From Candidatus Nomurabacteria bacterium (GTDB lineage: Bacteria; Patescibacteriota; Minisyncoccia; Phycocordibacterales; CSBR16-119), in assembly GCA_007117675.1 (NCBI GenBank), contig SKGB01000052.1:1-32573 (forward strand): a stretch of 32,573 nucleotides of DNA, read 5' to 3'. Below, in pieces: positions 9,501-17,064 of this stretch (its first letter is position 1; the number at the start of each line of letters is the position of its first letter). Both the position numbers and the translations under genes were made by a program. The notes under the pieces are model-generated. The model saw only the letters and a program-made list of their open reading frames with translations, made no database searches and was not told the origin of the DNA.

Positions 9501-10063
9501 GGAATCATTTTGTGGGAAGCACTTGCTTGGTTGATTCTGATGATCTTCAGTACTTTAATAATGTTCTCTTTGGAAACGTGTGCGAGGAGGGGCAGTTTTG
9601 TCCAGGTGACTACACTCAAACTGGGCAGGTTGTAAATTCAGATTTACTATTCTTCCTCTCACATTATGGATGTTCAAAAGCAAATGCTAGTGCGTTCCCG
9701 AATTATTTTGAAGAAACTCAAGATATTTATTCTTATCTACCTCAAGGAGTTGATATGCTTAGCGATAATTTTTCATATAATAACGAAACAGGTTTTTATG
9801 AAAGAGTTGTCGTATTGGAAAATTCTAATAATGCTTCTGTTGGTGAGGTTCTTACATTTTTACCTAGTGGAGTTGTGCTTCATGGAATAAAGCCTGTTGG
9901 TCTAAGTTTACAGTTTGTAGATGTCCTTACTGACTCCCCTGATTACGCCTCAGCTCTGCCTGGTGTTTACAACCACGTTAATTCCAGAAACTTATTTGCG
10001 GTGCAGTTTTTACCTGCAAATGGTTCGGTGACATTGGTATTTCGTTTTACTGAGATTGAGTAA
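3506..10063 (+). CDS. Giant (2185 aa) membrane-anchored or secreted subtilisin-family (peptidase S8) multidomain surface protein
   Basis: An N-terminal hydrophobic anchor (ILFILIGVILAIFSLLVFISPAGA) is followed by a propeptide-like segment. S8 triad motifs are VIVAVIDTGV (Asp202), HGTHVAGTIGA (His250) and GTSMATPHVAAAAAII (Ser426). Downstream lie a DUF11-like segment (about 6949-7215), several Cna-B/SdrD-B-like modules (for example GRVFADNNQNQVQDLGETGIGQIEIGLY) and dockerin-like loops (DLNGDGVVNAADL and DFDGNGIVDHLDL). Confidence 0.9.
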   Translation: MKKIYKQIHDKQKIILFILIGVILAIFSLLVFISPAGAQQRESRNIAGSSQNTNSVIDPDLGYNPVQVLVKLAPEPAIRAREKETVRSISRTVFRDRSLQRPQEIRKVFDARNIENHEVSRWFTFDFKTAEEAERFIASSRLNPWVQSVERDVIQSTQIVPQDEFFQEGSPESLWGHDLINVQDLWNVVENPGEGVIVAVIDTGVSNAGDPNNEWTHLDLLGSEWVGSDGTVLGSSPSAIAPVWEDYNGHGTHVAGTIGARANDFGIPGIAFDSTIMAYKLSNGGGWLSSTSAAGIIYAVDNGASIINASFGGVRNSMTDDAVKYAFDNDVLFVAAAGNDYGTNVCKKSPGGSEYAVAVSSVDKNANISSFSNIGTGIDVAAPGGGFTGPGSQHRILSTATKSPNGIGSPVVSSQGEPYTAINGTSMATPHVAAAAAIIRQLRPNWNVEEVWAGLKFISQEPASSVYNQGFGYGLLDMSKILDLPETIPVAQMYEPQNCYSPSEAGVVTIKGSAYVSGSFVPDQIRIEFAQGHSVSDSDFELLTVVNQEVTDDVLYVWDATSYPLGNYTLRVVTEFDGVTVEDRNQISFIQYDYKTALRMSITRILGFDSIMPSSPETSQGYGFAPKSYFNRFLHEYNEETEEFVPLVQYPTGEFNGVINYPNPSPSFTSDNVWYKGFVQSNLATYELEPIPVLSPAQFTQRSLAGFDNSRTDEVYLTYPFLEIGEQKSIHPHEKEVLCHLGFAVEGASEICEQHVPVPVTDFATFSNQSSYLCLVPGLNDFWLGLRLLTNSQGINPGAGSPIIKKILFDNTDTDIAGVQLGAINCPVTLTNPFIGGFISDFSRRTVSFFFNDSVASSKGARYAVMHTDSNYLPETSERRISQDGRIVLWFCENPYNYICNGNFEKGIPSQNIIDSAYYLGNHLLQRLTADNWASMGTADLYVSDIPVSDFPDLGIPSRWWGQNLLIEVPLEVDPYNSRFAGFANTTNISAGSDHREVIFTQLGRSFDIGQEYQIRFDVWSSSVTSSIPGYSEYTSDPNIGKHLLYIVGSTDSFNTSSQVLNEDGTVNLSVFDEVFFELDLDEQGAYDEWVTVSTNFTPQTENISYIYILSHSEITDMSAMVATGKTKYSRYTNLDNFIVEPQLPYRDLRVEKEMITSNQTVIGQEVSFEVVVTNDSQESIEEVKVQDYLPQGFVLSSAVSSQGQDYTYSSLENMISWQDITLSGGESVSFTISGSFTVCQAEFRNVAIAYSNLYLDETPENNFVDVYRQGFPFNDEIDNYSGFAGGEMGCVGVISGRVFADNNQNQVQDLGETGIGQIEIGLYKQEQDGTHTLEQTVSSSVQNLGFYSFNPQSMGTYVVSLMTPNMFNITLPDDSEVFLNGSLENYVLSMTNGVSYTDRNFGIMQGRVVEGFVYEDSNVNGVYDFGEALLSGIDVGLFWDEGDGYYTFIDSVLTDNDGLYSFVPDIQYLDADLLLRVYVPGDTNIQAITQPLYSAPVDHPNPVFVENTYSLPAGQPSESPYAFGVIYEDINIVEEVMVRPAGTVYQDVDVSGSFDPFVDVRLGGYTVNLFKKLSDTEYELIAQQESLDSSGFYSFVISLSYGEYYLVIDAQHLENAAVSVPDSQNTTIENSPYHYSFTVDENTPNGLLLPGNDFGFIFDQTDEPTMLIRPSGVVFQDVDADGLYAVSDFPLPGYRVDLYRHLDSGSYELIASEQSGVQGTYAFQIIVPYGQYSLVLHPQHIEDSVLSIPEASLDVIEGSSYYYTFIVDGNPQNSNTSDNNFGFVQEVCYPFDLNGDGVVNAADLGSFLAALGTTESEYDFDGNGIVDHLDLMMMASYLGCSSDIDDAIYKIGGFVFDDLNENGLFDDSNILTERYAGVMGVPVYLYKQNQDGSYNFVSQMNSSPGLAQSWTQVVGSSIVSHPGLTGSYLFEVNQPGNYAITIDPDFINQAGYSITHPNASSQIIGGAHRVHFVTLEPAQSEFVVFLDNNFGLNTCGCWNHFVGSTCLVDSDDLQYFNNVLFGNVCEEGQFCPGDYTQTGQVVNSDLLFFLSHYGCSKANASAFPNYFEETQDIYSYLPQGVDMLSDNFSYNNETGFYERVVVLENSNNASVGEVLTFLPSGVVLHGIKPVGLSLQFVDVLTDSPDYASALPGVYNHVNSRNLFAVQFLPANGSVTLVFRFTEIE
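8117..8868 (+). repeat. Tandem in-frame duplication of a ~125-aa module inside the giant protease gene (8117-8503 and 8504-8868)
   Basis: The protein segments MVRPAGTVYQDVDVSGSFDPFVDVRLGGYTVNLFKKLSDTEYELIAQQ...NDFGFIF and MLIRPSGVVFQDVDADGLYAVSDFPLPGYRVDLYRHLDSGSYELIASEQ...NNFGFVQ align over their full length. They are diverged at the DNA level. Confidence 0.8.
8870..9028 (+). other. Dockerin-like double calcium-binding loop segment bracketed by two Cys residues (aa 1789-1841)
   Basis: CYPFDLNGDGVVNAADLGSFLAALGTTESEYDFDGNGIVDHLDLMMMASYLGC has two D-x-[ND]-G-[DN]-G-x-[VI]-[ND]-x-x-D-L repeats, as in type I dockerins. Confidence 0.6.
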
Positions 10064-10080
10064 AGTAAACACTTATCTCA

Positions 10081-10118
10081 AAAACAAAACCATGCAGACG
10101 CATGGTTTTGTTGATTTT
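10081..10118 (+). terminator. Intrinsic terminator after the giant protease gene
   Basis: AACAAAACCATGC agac GCATGGTTTTGTT followed by a T-rich tail. Confidence 0.8.
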
Positions 10119-10139
10119 ATTTCAGCTGTGTGGTATGTT
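10111..10139 (+). promoter_or_regulatory. Promoter for rplJ-rplL (TTGATT, 17-nt spacer containing TGn, TATGTT)
   Basis: TTGATT at 10111-10116. TGg plus TATGTT at 10131-10139. Confidence 0.55.
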
Positions 10140-10145
10140 TTTCAT

Positions 10146-10277
10146 GTAAGCCGTAGAGACAGTGGGCAGCCTTCAGGGGCGTCAGACCTACCGAATGGTC
10201 GACTCTTGTATCAAGGGAACTCTCAATACGAGGCTTATGTCGTTCGCGACCAGTTTTTAGTGTAATAAAAATAAAAA
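10146..10277 (+). ncRNA. Candidate L10(L12) autoregulatory leader upstream of rplJ
   Basis: A ~130-nt untranslated segment, clearly more GC-rich than the flanks. It has a long-range GGTCG (10197-10201) / CGACC (10246-10250) pairing followed by AGTTTTTAG. The position is the same as known rplJ leaders. Confidence 0.5.
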
Positions 10278-10769
10278 ATGGCTAAAACAAAAGAACAAAA
10301 ATCTGCACATCTTAATGAATTAATGGATGTTGCGAAAAAATATCAATCTGTTGTTTTCGTAAACTTTGATAAGTTTTTGGTAAAAGATGAGACAAATCTT
10401 AGATCAAGTCTTTCATCTAAAAATATACAATACAAGGTTGTGAAAAAAACTCTTTTGAAGAAAGCGTTTGTCGATTCTTCAATCGAAGGAAGTTTACCTG
10501 AGCTTGAGGGTATGATTGCTGTTGCATATGGTGATGACTTGATAGCGCCAGCTCGTGAAGTTTACGAATTTCAAAAAGAGCTAGGGGAAAACTTGCAGAT
10601 TGTGGGTGGTGTATTTGAAGGAAAATTTATGTCAAAAGACCAAATGATGTCTATTGCCACAATTCCTTCAACACCAGTATTGTACGCACAATTGCTTACT
10701 ATGTTTAATGCACCGATTCAAAGTTTTGTATCAGTGCTTCATCAGTATGCAGAAAAAAAACAAGCATAA
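10278..10769 (+). CDS. rplJ: 50S ribosomal protein L10
   Basis: 163 aa with an L10-like N-terminus (KEQKSAHLNELMDVAKKYQSVVFVNFDKFLVKDETNLRSSL). It is followed by rplL. Confidence 0.9.
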   Translation: MAKTKEQKSAHLNELMDVAKKYQSVVFVNFDKFLVKDETNLRSSLSSKNIQYKVVKKTLLKKAFVDSSIEGSLPELEGMIAVAYGDDLIAPAREVYEFQKELGENLQIVGGVFEGKFMSKDQMMSIATIPSTPVLYAQLLTMFNAPIQSFVSVLHQYAEKKQA

Positions 10770-10796
10770 ATTATTTAACTAATATTTAACATTATT

Positions 10797-11264
10797 ATGT
10801 CAGAAGAAGTAAAAAACACAGAAGCTGTAGAGGAGACACAAACTCCCGCTGCAGAAGAAGCAGTTGTTGAAACTGCTGGAGAAGAAGTAGAGGTTCCTGC
10901 AAAATTCAAGGCTATTGTTGACGCTATTGAATCAATGTCGGTTCTTGATCTTCATGAACTTGTAAAACTTCTTGAGAAGAAGTTTGGAGTATCAGCTGCT
11001 GCTGCAGCATTTGCAGGAGCAGGAGCAGGAGCAGGGGAAGCTGCTGAAGAAAAAGATGAGTTCGATGTTGAGCTTACATCATTTGGAGAAGCTAAAATCC
11101 CAGTAATGAAGGCTGTGAAAGAAGTACTAGGGCTTGGTTTGAAAGAAGCTAAAGAGCTTGTGGAAAGTGCGCCTGTTGTAATCAAGGAAGCAATGAAGAA
11201 GGAAGATGCTGAAGCACTTAAGACTTCTATTGAATCTGTTGGTGGTTCTGTAACTCTTAAATAA
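10797..11264 (+). CDS. rplL: 50S ribosomal protein L7/L12 with a ~33-aa acidic N-terminal extension
   Basis: The canonical core is [36 protein letters not shown], an Ala/Gly/Glu hinge, then the C-terminal domain [41 protein letters not shown]. There is no alternative ATG, GTG or TTG between 10797 and the core. Confidence 0.9.
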   Translation: MSEEVKNTEAVEETQTPAAEEAVVETAGEEVEVPAKFKAIVDAIESMSVLDLHELVKLLEKKFGVSAAAAAFAGAGAGAGEAAEEKDEFDVELTSFGEAKIPVMKAVKEVLGLGLKEAKELVESAPVVIKEAMKKEDAEALKTSIESVGGSVTLK

Positions 11265-11281
11265 CCCACGAAAATAAAAAG

Positions 11282-11309
11282 AAAAAACCGCCGCAGGGGC
11301 GGTTTTTTC
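11282..11309 (+). terminator. Intrinsic terminator after rplL
   Basis: AAAAAACCGCC gcag GGGCGGTTTTTT. Confidence 0.85.
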
Positions 11310-11360
11310 TTGCGTCTTTTATGAATATATTGTCTTTTTAGTATCTGGCTAATATTGAAA

Positions 11361-11369
11361 TGGTATAAT
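11361..11369 (+). promoter_or_regulatory. Extended -10 promoter element TGGTATAAT
   Basis: Exact TGnTATAAT about 40 nt upstream of the ATG at 11409. The same 9-mer recurs at 17048 and 22698. Confidence 0.55.
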
Positions 11370-11408
11370 AGTGCGTGTTTAAAAATTTAGTAATGGAAGA
11401 TAATCCTT

Positions 11409-12044
11409 ATGACTATAGATATTCTCGGTAATTTATTTAGTAGTGATCCTCTTGTTAAAATTATGCGTTTATTTTTGATGAATCAAGATGAGTCTTTTTC
11501 TCTTGAGGATATTTCTGATAGGACATTGTCGAAAGATGAATCAGTGAGAAGAGAATTAGATATTCTTGATCAAATTGGTTTTACACAACAAAAAGAAGTT
11601 CAAAAAACAGTTTTTATAAAAGATAAAAAACAAAAAAAGAAAGTCCGTGTTTGGGAGCTTGATAAAAGTTTTCATTATCTGGAACCTTTATATAGTCTTC
11701 TTATTGAATACGATACCCTCAAGCAAAATGATGTTGTTACAAAATTTCGTCCTGCAGGAAAGATAAAACTTCTTGTTGTTGCTGGTGTTTTTATTAAAGA
11801 CATTGAAAGCAGGGCTGATCTATTGATTGTGGGGGATAATTTACATACCAAAAAGATAGAATCTGCTGTGAAATTTTTTGAGTCTCAGCTTGGAAAAGAA
11901 TTAGTATATGCTGTGTTTGATACAGAGGAGTTTTTGTATCGTCGAGACATGTATGACAAATTGTTGTGTGATATCTTTGATGGGAAACATCAGGTTTTAA
12001 TTTCATCTTCGGGATTATCCACAGACGCATTAAAAAATCGCTAA
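11409..12044 (+). CDS. Hypothetical protein, N-terminal winged-helix-like region and C-terminal region with an ADLLIVGD motif
   Basis: 211-aa ORF. The N-terminus (VKIMRLFLMNQDESFSLEDISDRTLSKDESVRRELDILDQIGF) resembles ArsR/wHTH regulators. RADLLIVGD resembles minimal nucleotidyltransferase-fold proteins. The family assignment is inference only. Confidence 0.6.
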   Translation: MTIDILGNLFSSDPLVKIMRLFLMNQDESFSLEDISDRTLSKDESVRRELDILDQIGFTQQKEVQKTVFIKDKKQKKKVRVWELDKSFHYLEPLYSLLIEYDTLKQNDVVTKFRPAGKIKLLVVAGVFIKDIESRADLLIVGDNLHTKKIESAVKFFESQLGKELVYAVFDTEEFLYRRDMYDKLLCDIFDGKHQVLISSSGLSTDALKNR

Positions 12045-12121
12045 CTTACACGGTATAATAATATATAAGTCAACGACGGTCGACTTACAAATATTTATTA
12101 GAGTTTAATTTAATTTTTTTT

Positions 12122-12808
12122 ATGCTTCAATCATGGCCAGACGTTTTTGTATCTGCGTCTCAAAGTCTTGTTCAAGGTTTCTTTGAATTTATTCCAAGTT
12201 TCCTTGGCGCACTTATTATATTCGCAATTGGATGGATGCTCGCTATTATGGTAGGGCGTGCAGTTGAGCACCTTCTTAATGTAGTAAAAATAGATAAGAT
12301 TTTTAAGGAGTTGGGTATGGAGCGACTGCTTGAAAAAATGGGATTCAAGCTTCGTGTGGGCCGCTTCGTTGGAGAGGTGGTTCGATGGTTTATTATCATT
12401 GCCTTCCTTATCCCTTCACTTGAGGTTATTGGGTTGTCAACTATTAACGATTTCCTAAGAAACGATGTTTTGGGGTACATTCCTCGAATCTTCGTTGCTA
12501 CTCTTGTTATTGTTATCGCTTCTTATGTTTCAGATGTTTTGCATAAGTTTATTGAAGGTTCGGCGAAAGCTTTGAACTCTCAAGCTTCTCGAATGTCTGC
12601 TTCTGTAGCGCGATGGGCAGTGTGGGTGTTTGCAATTATCATCGCTCTTTCAGAGCTTGGGATTGCTGCTCAGTTTATGAACGCTCTATTTATTGGAATT
12701 GTTGCAATGCTATCACTTGCAGGAGGTCTTGCCTTCGGTCTTGGTGGAAGAGACGCAGCTTCTCGAGCAATTGATAAGGTCTCAAAAGATTTTTCAAATA
12801 AAAACTAA
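12122..12808 (+). CDS. Conserved TM-helix-repeat membrane protein (small mechanosensitive-channel-like family)
   Basis: 228 aa with four or five hydrophobic helices built on a repeated pattern (IPSFLGALIIFAIGWMLA, RWFIIIAFLIPSL, IPRIFVATLVIVIASYV, RWAVWVFAIIIAL). C-terminus is GGLAFGLGGRD. Confidence 0.65.
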   Translation: MLQSWPDVFVSASQSLVQGFFEFIPSFLGALIIFAIGWMLAIMVGRAVEHLLNVVKIDKIFKELGMERLLEKMGFKLRVGRFVGEVVRWFIIIAFLIPSLEVIGLSTINDFLRNDVLGYIPRIFVATLVIVIASYVSDVLHKFIEGSAKALNSQASRMSASVARWAVWVFAIIIALSELGIAAQFMNALFIGIVAMLSLAGGLAFGLGGRDAASRAIDKVSKDFSNKN

Positions 12809-12818
12809 ATGTTCATAT

Positions 12819-12849
12819 AAAAACCCCCTTATTCGTAAGGGGGTTTTTA
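12819..12849 (+). terminator. Intrinsic terminator
   Basis: AAAACCCCCTTA ttcg TAAGGGGGTTTTT. Confidence 0.85.
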
Positions 12850-12919
12850 TATTACATGAGGGGAAAATCTCTTGTTTTAAAATGAAGTTTTTTCTTTGTG
12901 TTATTTGCATGAAAAAAAC

Positions 12920-12947
12920 TTGACTTTTATTTACGTCTGACTATACT
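12920..12947 (+). promoter_or_regulatory. rRNA operon promoter (TTGACT, 16-nt spacer, TATACT) with A-rich UP-like tract
   Basis: TTGACT at 12920-12925 and TATACT at 12942-12947, preceded by GAAAAAAAC. It is the only strong promoter between the upstream terminator and the 23S gene. Confidence 0.65.
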
Positions 12948-13060
12948 ATAAATCACGTGCAAATAGCACAAAATACATATCAAATGTGGAGGTAATATCT
13001 TAGAAAAAATTCTTAGATATCATCAAAATAGACGGTATATTTTGTTTCCTATTTATGCGA

Positions 13061-13093
13061 GTCATTTGACAACTAAATACATGTTGTAAAAAC
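13061..13093 (+). other. 5' half of the 23S precursor processing stem (pairs with 16611-16643)
   Basis: GTCATTTGACAACTAAATACATGTTGTAAAAAC is complementary to GTTTTTACAGCATGTATTAAGTTGTTAAATGAC over 33 nt, apart from a few mismatches or wobbles. The two halves bracket the whole 23S gene, like RNase III processing stems. Confidence 0.75.
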
Positions 13094-13229
13094 ATGAAGG
13101 GTCTTTAATGTTAAAGACTTGCACTATACCAGGTGCAAAACAGGTAACATTATTGATATTTTCAACAAAACAAGTAAGAGCAGTTTCTTGATAAAAAGAA
13201 ACGATCTCAAAAACTCATATTAAAAGTGG

Positions 13230-16586
<3,357 letters not shown>

Positions 16587-16610
16587 TCACAAATATGAAT
16601 TGTACTTGTA

Positions 16611-16643
16611 GTTTTTACAGCATGTATTAAGTTGTTAAATGAC
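16611..16643 (+). other. 3' half of the 23S precursor processing stem (pairs with 13061-13093)
   Basis: See the 5' half. It lies in the 23S-5S spacer. Confidence 0.75.
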
Positions 16644-16675
16644 TTTAATGCACATTTTTACATATCTTTGAATAT

Positions 16676-16786
16676 TCTAAGCTGGTGATTTGATGCTGGG
16701 GCCACACCTGTTCTCATTCCGAACACAGAAGTTAAGCCCAGTAATGCCGACGATACTATTGGGAAAATAGGTATTCGCCAGCTTAG
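16676..16786 (+). rRNA. rrf: 5S ribosomal RNA (ends approximate)
   Basis: Terminal helix CTAAGCTGGTG / CGCCAGCTTAG. Conserved core CCACACCTGTTCTCATTCCGAACACAGAAGTTAAGCCC. Confidence 0.92.
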
Positions 16787-16799
16787 AGTATTTAAAAAT

Positions 16800-16830
16800 A
16801 AAAAACACTTCACAAGAAGTGTTTTTTATT
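16800..16830 (+). terminator. Intrinsic terminator of the 23S-5S operon
   Basis: AAAAAACACTTC acaa GAAGTGTTTTTTATTTT. Confidence 0.85.
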
Positions 16831-16841
16831 TTACACTGTTA

Positions 16842-17004
16842 GCACATCCCATACTTGCTCGGGTTGAGGGTTTCCCTCAACAACAGCGGTCGCAACTATA
16901 ACGGTCCTAGGGATGTATGCAATCTGCGCGATAAGCGCCACATAAGTGAGCTGGTTCTTGTATTTCAAGAGCACGTCGGCCGTAACTAACGGTCCTAAGA
17001 TTGC
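16842..17004 (+). ncRNA. Candidate structured RNA: two tandem elements, each containing a 23S helix-69-like hairpin
   Basis: Element A (16844-16916) has closing stem ACATCCC/GGGATGT, hairpin GTTGAGGG ttt CCCTCAAC, and the H69-like hairpin GGTCGCAACTATAACGGTC (16888-16906). Element B (16919-17004) has closing stem GCAATCT/AGATTGC, hairpin GTTCTTG tattt CAAGAGC, and the H69-like hairpin GGCCGTAACTAACGGTC (16978-16994). The genuine H69 lies at 15237-15255. Function unknown. Confidence 0.5.
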
Positions 17005-17006
17005 GG

Positions 17007-17034
17007 CCCGCCACCTTGAGTGGCGGGTTTTTTG
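17007..17034 (+). terminator. Intrinsic terminator following the H69-like elements
   Basis: CCCGCCA ccttgag TGGCGGG followed by TTTTTT. Confidence 0.85.
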
Positions 17035-17047
17035 TTGGTAATTTAAG

Positions 17048-17056
17048 TGGTATAAT
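17048..17056 (+). promoter_or_regulatory. Extended -10 promoter TGGTATAAT 8 nt upstream of the ATG at 17065 (leaderless or near-leaderless)
   Basis: TGGTATAAT, then tatgtgca, then ATG. No SD. Confidence 0.55.
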
Positions 17057-17064
17057 TATGTGCA

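Noticed and set aside
10056-10265. 69-aa plus-strand ORF between the protease gene and rplJ.
   Set aside because: It overlaps the stop of the protease gene, its terminator, the rplJ promoter and the structured leader. It has no start context. The GC-rich RNA leader explains the open frame.
2462-10277. The 7.5-kb surface-protein module as a classical mobile element or genomic island. CRISPR arrays and defence genes were also looked for anywhere in the window.
   Set aside because: The edges carry no integrase, transposase or recombinase, no flanking direct or inverted repeats, and no tRNA. No repeat-spacer array exists in the window. Only the synteny break itself is reported.
10952-11269. 105-aa minus-strand ORF antisense to rplL. 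Similar antisense or nested ORFs occur elsewhere. Examples: 422-760, 941-1144, 1561-1774, 1972-2205, 12172-12480, 20422-20750, 21341-21778, 21898-22521, 25003-25522, 26033-26278, 31306-31933.
   Set aside because: Each is fully embedded in, and antisense or out of frame to, a confidently identified conserved gene. Their low-complexity translations are typical shadow ORFs.
16830-16862. A dedicated promoter for the H69-like element (TTTACA at 16830-16835, with CATACT or TACACT as candidate -10 boxes).
   Set aside because: The spacings (14 nt or none) do not fit. I cannot support an independent promoter from sequence. Expression may depend on read-through of the 5S terminator.
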